Source of the DNA: Octopus sinensis
Lineage: Eukaryota
Direction of reading: 5' to 3'
NCBI RefSeq assembly: GCF_006345805.1
Contig: NC_042998.1
Span: 175,212,001 to 175,276,000 of the forward strand
DNA length: 64,000 nucleotides
The notes beneath the pieces were generated by a model. The model was not told the DNA's origin, did no database searches, and saw only the letters and a program-made list of their open reading frames with translations. How positions within the stretch are numbered: position 1 is the first letter of the stretch; each line of letters opens with the position of its first letter. The translations under genes and the position numbers were made by a program. This document shows, piece by piece, positions 1-11,310 of this stretch.

Positions 1-2454
1 GGTCACCAAGCTATATTTGTTCGCATTCTTCTAATTTCCTACTCAAGGGAAGGATTGAGTTTATAGCCTGTGGGATGGGAGAATAAGTTAGCTTTGTGCT
101 TAATATCGCATTTGACATGCTGAAAATTAGTTATTTGGTGAAAATATCTGAACAAAAATCTATGTTCTTGAGAAGTTCAGTTCTGAGAAGAATTGCACAT
201 GTTATTTGGTGCAGCAGTTATTCAGAAAGTGAGCTGCAAGTGTTTTTAATGTGGTTGAGAAGTCAGCAACTTTGCAGGGGCAGAGAATTTCATTGTAATA
301 GTAGATGACACAAATGAAATGTAAAATATAATGCCTTTCTTTCAGTAGTAGTGGGGGAAGGGGTCTTGGGCACTATCATAATACACAGAGTATCTTGGGC
401 ATTTTGAGCCTGTCAGAGGTTATTTTTATCCAAATCTGAACATAACCAATTTCTTCCAGGAAGGAAGTGCAAGAAAGAGAGGGGAGTGGAGAAAGTGATG
501 GTGAATCAACTCAGTACTTTACTAATATTTTATCAACCTTGAAAGGATGAAAGGCAAAGTTGACTTCAGTGGGGCTTGAACTCAGTCAGAATGAATACTG
601 CAAAGCATGCCAATCCTTGCTCTAATAGTTCTGCTAATCCATCACCAATCAAATCCTTCAGTGCCAAAGTTGAACTCCAGCTTTATTGTATCAATGGGAT
701 AATAGGTTAACCATCCTGTCAACAAGACACCAGTCTATTGTGTATAACACTCCTGGAAAATCCTGGGCCCACTGGTGGACTGATTCAATATTGCCCTAAG
801 ATTTTGTGGTATACCTAACATGCCATCCAGATTATACCATTTTCTTAGACCTTTAGCGAGCTTTTAGCCCACTAATTTAATATAATGTCCAGCCATCCTT
901 CGATAGCTGTAGGAATTAATCCAGTGAGAAACAACAGCAATTCGTATGAGTTTTCGAAGCCTTCGTGTACATGGTAGATTTATTCCAATCCGGGAGAAGA
1001 GCATTCATAAACAGCTTGTATATTTAACATTTAACAGAACAGAATGGAAGTTGAATAAGAAAAGGTTTTCATCTTGCCACCTTCCATGACTAGAATAGTG
1101 GATTCAACTCAATTCAAATCAACGTGGGGTAGTCCAGTAGCAGAGAGGAAGATGATGCAGTTAGCAGCAAGCCACTTTGGTCAGTAAAAGAGACCATTCT
1201 TGGCTCTGCGCGCCTTTTTATCCCTATCTCACGAGCACCACCTCATTGTTAACAATGTGACCAGGGGAGATAACTCCAGATGACCCACGTTCAGACATGG
1301 ATTCAACTATGGTTGCCTACAGACCTTTGGTATCTCAAGCTGAGACCTGTATGTTGTAAACATTTGTACAATCATGCAGACATTGAACCTGCAAATGTTG
1401 AGGCTGGATATTTGTTGTATTAATATCATCCAATCTTGTTCAGTTATAGACTACTCCTCCACCACTGATTAATTTATATAGGAAGAAAAAAATATATATT
1501 TTGCCCAGGAACACATTTAGTGAATTTAGAGACACAACCCTATGAACAGATAAATCAATGCCCCTTAATTACTTGGCCATTTCACCTTTTCTTGTTTACA
1601 TCATCTGAGTTTGTAAGCAGTATCCAGATAATGGAAAAGAGCAGAGAAGCTGAGTACATTGGTAAATTAATGGCTGGCAAGCCTATGTTGGAGTTTGCTT
1701 ACTAAAAGTAGCAGCTAAATTTCCCTCATATCACTCTCTACTAAGAAAGTAAATGTATTGGATTATGTATTTCTGTATCTGAAAAAGAAGAGACAGGATG
1801 GTCATGGTTGGAATACCTTTTCTCACTTTGGTCTGACATGGGGCAAAACAACAATGACTAATAACTGAAGAGTGTTTCTTAATTAAATGAGTTATTATGG
1901 TCTAGCTTTCCAGCTGCAGCTAACTGACTGCACACTAGATCTGATAAGGTCACCTAAATAACAGCACTTATCTATTATTTTAAGTTCACTCTGAAAATTG
2001 TTGCAGTATGGAAATTTTTCTTTCAAAAGAAATCTTAATTAAATTATTTATGCTAGAAGGGCAATAATTGGTGATGTTGCATATGTGTGAAGCACTGCTT
2101 AATGTCAGATCATATCGTTATCCATGACCCATTTTCACTTGCAAAAGGTTTGTATTTGTAATAGATGACTTTTTATGTAACTTTTTAATGTCACATGTAA
2201 TGATGGTTTAAAACACATTGTGATACCAGTAAAAGGGAAGCCACCATGAGCCAATGAAGGAACTGTTGTCTGGTTGTTGCTGAACCTGTTAGCAATAACA
2301 GCCAGATATCATTCAAGTCATACATTGCCATCTTCAAACAGGAAGGACACACTGGATATTATGGTCTAGAGTGTAGTATACCTGGAAAATAAAAAGAGGG
2401 ATGGTCATTACAGGAATGCCTTTTTATCATAGGTTTGTTCAGTTCAGGCTCATA

Positions 2455-2892
2455 CCTTGAAACTCCGACATCTGGCAGCTGACTTGGCAGACACCCATAA
2501 AATTATTAACCATCTTACAAACAATAACTCTGAGCACCTTTTCAAACTCCATTTGTCTAACACCCGTGGACAGGTTTACAAAGTCAGAAAACAGCACAGA
2601 TCCTATGACTTTCAGAAACATTTTTTCACGTTAAGAGTTGCTGAAGTATGGAACAAACTGCTGGCATCAGTTGTTAGTTGTCGGAGCACTGCATCCTTCA
2701 AAACTTCCATGCTTTGTGAGATTTGCCAACACTACACCTGATTTTCTCCCCTCCATACACACGCAAACATGTATCTGACTCATACACTGTTCGCTTTCCA
2801 GACATTTGTACATTACTGCATATACTTTATACGCACTTTTGACAAGTTGTGGTGCACTTGAGCACTGTATACAATAATTTCATTATTATTAT
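2455..2892 (+). mobile_element. CR1-clade LINE 3' fragment
   Basis: ORF2 C-terminus NTRGQVYKVRKQ...[13 protein letters not shown]...ASFK, then 3'UTR and (ATT)n tail. Confidence 0.85.
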
Positions 2893-3835
2893 ATAAACAT
2901 CACAAGACAAAGGTTTTGTGTGTATGTATATTTGAAGCTATGTTTAACTGCAGTTCAAGAGGTGTTAGTGGTTAGTATCCTATCACCAGCACACTTCTAT
3001 GTCCCTAGAAACTTAACATGCATTGACCAAATCAGCTTAACTGAAATGGGCACAACAGAGAGGTGCCACTTGTCATTTTAAGTAGTAATAGCAGCACTGT
3101 ATAATTGATACATGTTTCATAGTACCAAACTCAAATTCTTGGGTCTGACTCGAGGAGCCACTCATTTTCTTAAAGCCTATAAGATTAGAACTCATCAATC
3201 TGTTCATATGATTAGGAAACATTGAGCAATTTATTCTATTTATTGAACTTGTAGGAGATAAATAAAACATAGGAAAATTGGGAAAAGGATAGATTTTCTT
3301 TGGTAGAAAAGAATGAGTGAGTAGGAGGTTTGTTTATGCTGTGTACTGTGAAGAGAAGATACATGAAGTATTTCTGAATAGCAAGGTTGTATGGTTACAT
3401 GAACCAGGATATTTATTGGAGGAGTGAATTGTTTGAAATGGTTCAGTTCACTCAGCTTTGGTGACAATCCCAGGATTTGAATTGAGACTATAAAATGACA
3501 TGACTAAATACCATTCAACATATATATTCCTAAGTGATAAAGTTCTAAATAGTAATAATAATAACTTTCATCAGCCTAGATAAAACCTTAGGTACAGTCA
3601 AATGCTCTGCAGTTTTGGTGGGCACTGAGATGCATAGTGAAAGAGATCATTAAACAAGTGTACAGATTCAGAACTTGATGTCCTTGACAACACATATAAG
3701 CTGATGATCTAGTTTTCTCTGCAGAATCTGTTAAGATCTGCACAAAAAAAAAAGGTTCAAGTCTGTAAAAAGTGGTTTGTTAAAAGCAAATAGTGAAGTA
3801 TTTAGTTAAAAAATAGGGATCTGTTCAGTTTCGAT

Positions 3836-4736
3836 CATAGATTTTTTTAATTGTGTTTTTTTTTTAACTAAACAGTTTGGAACTTTGTATACTGGTGTAA
3901 TTTCTCATACTGAACATAGTTTACTTTCAATATTTCATATTAAAGTTGTTGTATTTGGGTAATTTTAACCAATCAACAATGTGTATTCAGTTGAAGAAAG
4001 CTACTGCTGTTTGCAACAGTAATCGAAGAGCCACAGCTTCCAGGTCACCTCTACTAAATGTCACCAATCTGTTCTGTTCATATGCCAAGCAAAGGGCGAA
4101 GGGAAAGTGTTGCTCCTTGGTCATAGCTGGCTCAAAAGAGAAGTTTAGCTGCAAGAAAGATGATGCTACCTTTATCCTTTCTTCCTTTTTAGTCAACACC
4201 GTGCATTCCTTACTCTTTCCCTCTCTACTAGCAGACAGCCACTTCTACACTATCAACTACCAACCAGCGAGCGAACTTGTTGTCACTGCCACTACAATTA
4301 CTGCTGTATCTCTAACAATATGTCAGGCAAATGAATAAATATATGTAAATAATATTTCTTCCTTCTTAGTGTTGATTCTTCCATGTTTACTGGTTACTCC
4401 AACGTGTGAAACAAAAGAAAAGTGTGTGATATGCATCACAGGCAGTAAATAAAAATAAAATAGAACAGAGTGGTGACATTTAGTAGAGATGACCCAGAAG
4501 CCATTGCTTTTCGATTACTGTCGCAAACAGCAGTAGCTTTCTTCAACTGAATACACACCATTGATTGGTTAAAATTACCCAAATATGACAACTTTAACCC
4601 CAAAAAAAAACCTTCTAAAATACGTAATTTTGTCAAAAATGTTGAAAGTAAACTGTGTTCAGCATAAGAAATTACATCAGTTTACAAAGTTTCAAACTGT
4701 TTAGTTTTAAAAAAATAATAATTTTAAAAATCTGTG
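3836..4736. mobile_element. Foldback/MITE-like element with ~245-bp diverged terminal inverted repeats
   Basis: 3836-4080 is the reverse complement of about 4460-4736 (e.g. aactaaacagtttggaactttgtatactgg vs ...tttacaaagtttcaaactgtttagtt); unique ~380-bp core. Confidence 0.8.
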
Positions 4737-5278
4737 AGGAAGCATTAAAAACTCAGGAAAAATGGTCTTGCTAAGTTTGTAAAGAAGTGGTAACAACTCA
4801 ATACTGGATACTCAAATTCTGTCTTGACTGAGCAAGCATTCTAGCTTTGACCATCTTTTTGGGGAGGTGGGGGTTAGCATTGTGACTACATAAGACTATT
4901 ATTTAATGCTTTTTTCCTTTTCTAAAACAACAGTGTGTAATTTGAAGGGAATTTGGCTACTATTCCTTGTAGATCAAGCAACCATGTAGAAGCTTCCTTA
5001 TTGGATAGTTATGTGTTTGCATGTCTATGTACACATGTTTACAATGCACATGTTGATTTGTGGTTGTTTGTATAATCAAAACCTGTTTTAGGTTATATTT
5101 TCACAATGTTTTTTTTCTAATTATGGAACAAAGATTTTAATTTAAAAAATCTCAGGTTACATGAGATGTCAATCCTAAATAAGACTTTAGTCTGAAGAAA
5201 GTTAATTTATCGTGTGCACTTAAAATTAGTCTTTCTTCTTTCTTACATCAGCGTTTGTGTGTGCGTGAAAGTGTGTGT

Positions 5279-5331
<53 letters not shown>

Positions 5332-5363
<32 letters not shown>

Positions 5364-5753
5364 TTAGCGTCCGCTTTCCATGCTAGCATGGGTTGGACGG
5401 TTCAACTGGGGTCTGTGAAGCCAGAAGGCTGCATCAGGCCCAGTCTGATCTGGCAGTGTTTCTACGGCCGGATGCCCTTCCTAACGCCAACCACTCCTTG
5501 AGTGTAGTGGGTGCTTTTTACGTGCCACCCGCACAGGTGCCAGACGGAGCTGGCAAACGGCCACAGACGGATGGTGCTTTTTACGTGCCACCAGCACGGG
5601 GGCCAGGCGAGGCTGGCAGCGGCCACGATCGGATGGTGCTTTTTACGTGCCACCGGCACGGGGGCCAGGCGAGGATGGCAATGGCCACGAACGGATGGTG
5701 CTTTTACGTGCCACCGGCACGGGGGCCAGATGGGGCTGGCAACGGCCACGAAT

Positions 5754-5756
<3 letters not shown>
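5332..5756 (-). mobile_element. RTE-related SINE with internal ~62-bp minisatellite (about 4 units) and (TGA)n tail
   Basis: ggatgcccttcctaacgccaacc motif; unit starts at 5569, 5631 and 5693; sister copies at 13269, 27110 and 36435. Confidence 0.8.
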
Positions 5757-5792
<36 letters not shown>

Positions 5793-5796
<4 letters not shown>

Positions 5797-5980
5797 TCGC
5801 CATGATAGATCTTTAGCCACTACACACATTTTTTCTCTCCTTGTTTTTTCTGTGTCCCTTTCTGTAGAAGAGCATAGGCTCGAAACGTAAAAGACTTTTT
5901 CTATTCCTGAGCGTTATACTAATACATCTGTTTGTTTTGTACACCACCTGTCTTCGTCTTTTGTTTTTTTCGTAAACTCT

Positions 5981-5985
<5 letters not shown>
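5793..5985 (+). mobile_element. Short Penelope-like terminal-repeat fragment flanked by (TA)n on both sides
   Basis: gaagagcataggctcgaaacgtaaaagac...attcctgagcg...cacctg.cttcgtcttttg shared with 39300-39445. Confidence 0.6.
5858..5893 (+). ncRNA. Minimal type I hammerhead-ribozyme-like motif (A6U core variant) in a Penelope-derived repeat
   Basis: cttt-CTGTAGA-A-GAGC(atag)GCTC-GAA-ACGT-A-aaag: helix I, core, extra A, helix II, GAAA and palindromic ACGT mini helix III. Confidence 0.5.
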
Positions 5986-6030
<45 letters not shown>

Positions 6031-7017
6031 ATCTCATTAGTGCTGGTACTATGAAAAGAAGCACCCCGTACACTCTATAAAGTGACTGACTTTAAGAAGG
6101 ACGTCGCCATAGAAACCATACCAAAGCAGATATAGAAGCACAACACAGTTCTCCAACTTCTTTTAATCCTGTTAAATAATGATGATAATATGTGTGTTTG
6201 TGTATTCATCTATCTACATAAATACATAATATATTATTATATTATACTCATCAATACAAGAGGGGAAGCCTTTGTAGAATTCTGTTACATTCTTGACAAA
6301 TATTTTCATTTTGAATTGATTTGCTTCCTTTCCTGACCGATTCACTTACACTGCAAATACACATGGGACCGGTAGGAACTTCACAACTTCACATTTCTAG
6401 CTCTTCATTAAAATAAAGTTTTTGCACTTCGTCAAAAGAAACTAATACTTCTGATACAAATTTTATTGAAGAATAGTACTATATTAGAAGTATAAGTGTA
6501 ACATGCTGTATGGAGGCTTATTTTCTTTCAGTAAAGTCAAATATGGAATTGACAGAGTTAAAATAATAGTAGGAATGGGATAGGGGAGTGGAGGAGCAGA
6601 AAGTAAAATATGAAAGAAAGGGTAGCAGTTGAGTAAAATGATCAGTGTAGGAGTAGATTAGGTTTACAGTGTAAAGTATATAATGTCAGGCAGGGAAGCT
6701 GTTGGCACAGACAGTAGCTGAGAGGCATTAATGTAAGCAGCACAAAAATGGTACTGGAACTAGAAAGGAGACAAGAGTGGGTGGTGTTTTGTTGTTGTTG
6801 ATGATGTTTTTGCTTGCCCCCCCCACCACCACCACCTCCACCTGCCCAATCCACTTCCAAGATAGCTCACAGATAAACAAGTCGTATAACTTTAAGATTA
6901 TATGCATTTAATTTTATGCTTGTAGATGTGTGGAACCATAGCAACAGATATGCAGAAGAAATATGAATGTATCAAAACCTAACAGTTGATATATAAAACA
7001 CACAGATGGATAGACCC

Positions 7018-7120
7018 ACACACACACTCACACACTCTATCTCTCTCCTCTCTCCTTCCTCTCTCTCTCTTCTCTCCCCCTCTTTCTCTCCTCTCTCTCC
7101 CCTCTCTCTCTCTCTCTCTT
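7018..7120. repeat. (CA)n/(CT)n microsatellite block
   Basis: Direct reading; one of many (TA, CA, CAT, ATT) microsatellites in the window. Confidence 0.9.
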
Positions 7121-8400
7121 TAAAGATTATCCACTAATGCTGTGTTGAGCGCTCATTCTCACTGTTCTGTACTCTCATATGTGTGTGTGCAGACAGACAA
7201 TAGGTGAATGCTAGATGTGCTCAATATAGAAAACATGTAGTTCTCAAATGCATTTGAACTTAAATTCTGAATTCTCCATCTAAGACTAGGTCCACAGCAT
7301 CAAGAGTGGCTATTAGAGAAATCTAAAACAAGCTGCTATGGTGGTAGTAATGCAGATAAACACAATTAGACTTGATGCATACACACACACACACACAGAA
7401 AGATAGATGTGTGTGTGTGTATATATTTTTAGATAATAAATCGAATGGTGTACACTTGGTAGTTTACTGGTAAAACACAGTCACTTTCACAGAGTTTGTT
7501 GGGTATTTGATTAATGAGTGACACACGCACAAATATAATTACATAGAACATTAAAAAATACAGAATTCTAAGAACAGAATACATAATTTCTTGTATGGAT
7601 GTGGGTGGAAGAGGTGAGGTATTAAAATGTTCAGAACCTGACCAGCCAATATTTTCTTGAATGAATCCACTCTTTTGACAGCCAAAGTTTTGTATGATAA
7701 ACTGAGTTCTGATTAAAAAGCTGATAATATAACCCTGCATTTAGACCTAACCAAATGCTTTTAGCAGTGTTACCTCTAATTTCATTGAAGGTATGACATA
7801 GCTGCTAAAAATTAGCTGTTTGTATCTACTTACTATGCTCAAATTACAGCAGCCATCAATTTCTTGATACTAGTTCTCACTGGTTCTGCAGTGAATACAA
7901 GCTCTGCTACCACCAGTCAGTAATTGAACTTACTACACATCCCACTCGAGTAGCACAGTACATGTATGTACTAAGTGCAAGTTTCTTCAACCTTCATCAA
8001 CAATGACATAGTTTACAATCATCAATTATGGCTTTGCTGCCATTTAACTTAACAGTCATAATATCCAGTGTTATTTCACATATATCTGTGTTACGTAGTA
8101 CTTATAATGATCCTGTTCAATTTCAGAAGACCACACCATATTTGTAAAGGGGGGGGGGATATGATTAAGTGAATTAACTCCAGTACATGACTGGTACTTG
8201 TTTTTACTGAACCAGGAGAATGACAAAGTACAGATGTTTTTGGGAAGGGTTTGAACTTAGAATGCAAAGGGATGAGATTTAAATACCATGAAGCATAAAT
8301 ATTTGTCACTTAATATCTGTTGTGCCCAATATCATTGTGTTGGGCATTAAGTGCCCAACATCATTGGGTACTTAATATCTGTGCCACTCTGCCAACCTTT

Positions 8401-8760
8401 CCTTTTGACTTTTATTTGTTTTAGTCATTAGACTGTGGCTATGCTGGGACACCACCTTGGAGAATTTTTAGTTGAATGAATCGACTCCAGTACTTAGTTT
8501 TTGTTAATCCTGGTACTTATTCTATTAGTTTCTATTGCCAAACTGCTAAGTTACAGGGCCATGAACACACCAACAGTAGTGGGGAAGGGGCAAACACACA
8601 TTCACATGATGAACTTCTTTCAGTTTTTGTCTACCAATTCCACTCACAAGGCTTTGGTCAGCTCAAGGCTGTAGTGGAAGATACTGCTCAAGATTCCACA
8701 CAATAGGACTGAACCTGGAACCATGTGGTTGGGAAACAAGCTTCTTATGACACAGCAACA
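8401..8760 (-). mobile_element. Degenerate tRNA-head SINE (family A)
   Basis: ctaccaattccactcacaaggctttggtc...gaacctggaaccatgtggttgg. Confidence 0.7.
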
Positions 8761-9484
8761 CATGCGCCTATTGTTTGTCAATAATGATAATGATATGTTT
8801 TTAACAGTATAGTTAGGATGCTTCAGATTTTTTAAGACAGTAGCAGTACCATCATAAGGCAGAGGCACATTGGGCAGTTGCTCAGGGCCTTCACAGGTAC
8901 AGGGGATCAATTCTACTCGATGTATGCTGTGGCTTGCTGTCAAAAGAATACATACTATTGGGCCCAGTACATTGATTTACTGAAAAAGAAAAGATAAAAG
9001 ATAATTTACTGCTACTTAATGTATTAACCTCCTAATATAGTTTAACTGAAGCCTTATTTATCATAGCCTGACTTAATATAGTCTAACTTAACCAGTCCAT
9101 TCATCTAATTCCTAAAACATCATATGCTCACCAGGCAGGCCACATTCTTTGTCTAAATTTTGCTTCTAGGTATATTAACATCTTAGATTTGTGTATCATA
9201 GTTCTGAAAAGATAAAAGTATCCCAATATCCTATTTTGCCTCCTAAACCCCCACTCTTCATTCATATATTACTTTCTAAAATATTTTTCAAACTATAACA
9301 GACAAGAGGATTAAATGGAAGTCAGTTTTCAGTTATCACAGATATCAGACTATTTCGCAGTTACTAAAGTATAAATACGCAGTTTTTATTGCTCATTCTG
9401 TTTACTCAGTTCTTAGTTTTATCATGCGCCACTTATTTCCATCATTGATGTATAGTTTTTTACTTCTATTTTAACATAACTTTC

Positions 9485-9917
9485 ATAGGTGCAGGAGTGG
9501 CTGTGTATAGGCGCAGGAGTGGCTGTGTGGTAAGTAGCTTGCTAACCAACCACATGGTTCCGGGTTCAGTCCCACTGCGTGGCATCTTGGGCAAGTGTCT
9601 TCTGCTATAGCCCCGGGCCGATCAATGCCTTGTGAGTGGATTTGGTAGACAGAAACTGAAAGAAGCCTGTCGTATATATGTATATATATATATGCGTGTG
9701 TGTGTTTGTGTGTCTGTGTTTGTCCCCCTAGCATTGCTTGACAACCGATGCTGGTGTGTTTACGTCCCTGTCACTTAGCGGTTCGGCAAAAAGAGACCAT
9801 TAGAATAAGTACTGGGCTTACAAAAAGAATAAGTCCCGGGGTTGAGTTGCTCGACTAAAGGCAGTGCTCCAGCATGGCCGCAGTCGGGTGATTGAAACAA
9901 GTAAAAGAGTAAAGAGT
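9485..9917 (+). mobile_element. Full-length tRNA-head SINE family A with duplicated 22-bp 5' end
   Basis: A box gtggctgtgtggtaag, B box ggttccgggttcagtccc, core gtgagtggatttggtagac, tail (agtaaaag)n. Confidence 0.9.
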
Positions 9918-10924
9918 ATTTACATCATAGTTAACAGCAGTTCATAAATACACTAAATTGTTTAACCATTGAGCAAGTTGCTGGCTAGAAGGCCAGTCAC
10001 ATTGTTGTAAAGTTTAGTTTTCTTAGTGGTCTAGTTTATTTATTTTTTATCAACTGGTTTTCAGAAGACTTCTTTAGAATAGAATTAAAATACAGATGAT
10101 AAATTTCTTCTTTTTATTTCATTCACCTAAACTACAGAAATAAGTTGAAATGAACTGAGCAACAGAATGAACCTATGACACAGCAAAATTTATATACTGT
10201 ATTCTATTCTATTTCTTTGTGTGCTTTCATCAAATTTCTTTTATTTCTCTATCAGACCTGTTTCAACTAGTATGTCACTTTAGTATATACTAGCTGTTGT
10301 TTTTTTTGTTTTTTTTGTTTGTTTTTTTTTCCACATGAATAGATGAGTTCATCTTGACTTTAACATAGTTATTTAATTGGACACAAGTTTGCGATTAATC
10401 CCCTATTCGATGATATTCTAATTTAGAATTGGTAAAGTAACATATAAATTATTTTTACATTCTGAGTTCAAATCCTGACACGGTTAACCTTGCCTGTTAC
10501 CTTTCACAGGTTGATTAAAATAGGTTAAGTATAGCAATCAAAACTTCGATCCACTTGTGCCCTGTCTCTAAACTGAAGCCTTTTAATAATATTTCATAAA
10601 AATCACACCTAAGTTCTTAAGATATTATCATACAAGCTAAAAGGTCAGTAATTTCTCTAGCATTGTGTTGTATATGGTAAAGATGCTTAACTTTCCACCT
10701 AGCTGTAAACAGATATCTAAATGAAGTACAACTCTTAGTTTGTAATGCTGAGTACATACATACAGTCCAGCAATAAACTGACATTCCTACAAGGAGTGGA
10801 TGGTATCTTGCAAGTCACTTAAAGACATGAAATTTGGTAAAGGCACCAGCACAGTTTTTTTATTCATGTGTGGAACGTTTTTAATGACAGGTACCATTTA
10901 CAGGAAATTGTGATAAAAATTTTA

Positions 10925-11310
10925 AATAATAATAATAATGAAATTATTGTATACAGTGCTCAGGTGCACCACAACTTGTCAGAAAGTGCATATAAAGTAC
11001 ATGCAGTAATGTAGAAATGTCTGGAAAGTGAACATGCTTGTGTGTGTATGGAGGGGAGAAAATCAAGTGTAGGGCGATGAGTGCTGTCCTAGAACTGTGA
11101 CAACCTCTTTTCGGCCGAAAATAAAGGACTTTAACCAGTTATAGAGTTCGTCTCTTACACCCAATGCAGAAAGCTTCACCATAAGTCTTTTGTGTGGCAC
11201 AGAGTTAAAAGCCTTAGCAAAGTCCAGGTAAACAACATCCACCCAGGATCAGTGATATGGGTAACGTCCTCAAGAAACTCGATGAGTTGATTACAGCAGC
11301 TGTAATTTCA
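10925..11310 (-). mobile_element. Internally deleted CR1: RT segment fused to terminal codons and 3'UTR
   Basis: Minus strand reads VDVVYLDFAKAFNSVPHKRLMVKL...WLKSFIFGRK...SSPYT*, followed by the CR1 3'UTR and (ATT)n. Confidence 0.85.

Noticed and set aside
96-2440. Short ORFs at the window start
   Set aside because: No recognisable domains or splice-consistent exon chain; probably decayed repeats.
3946-4636. Two similar ORFs on opposite strands (LGNFNQS...KKATAVC)
   Set aside because: They arise from the inverted repeat arms; no protein-family signal.
5510-5756. CRISPR-like regular repeat
   Set aside because: Units are contiguous with no unique spacers, lie inside a eukaryotic SINE, and no cas genes are present.
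5214-6073. ORFs with poly-His and (IY)n runs
   Set aside because: They are translations of (CAT)n and (TA)n microsatellites and SINE bodies, not genes.
9507-9580. tRNA genes
   Set aside because: A/B boxes are present, but there is no complete cloverleaf and all run into SINE bodies.
9483-9734. Recurrent ORF MLGGQTQTHKH... (also 26196, 58917)
   Set aside because: Antisense reading of family A SINEs.
11257-11266. ATGG|GTAACG as the start-exon donor
   Set aside because: Inside the antisense CR1 RT remnant with no supporting acceptor.
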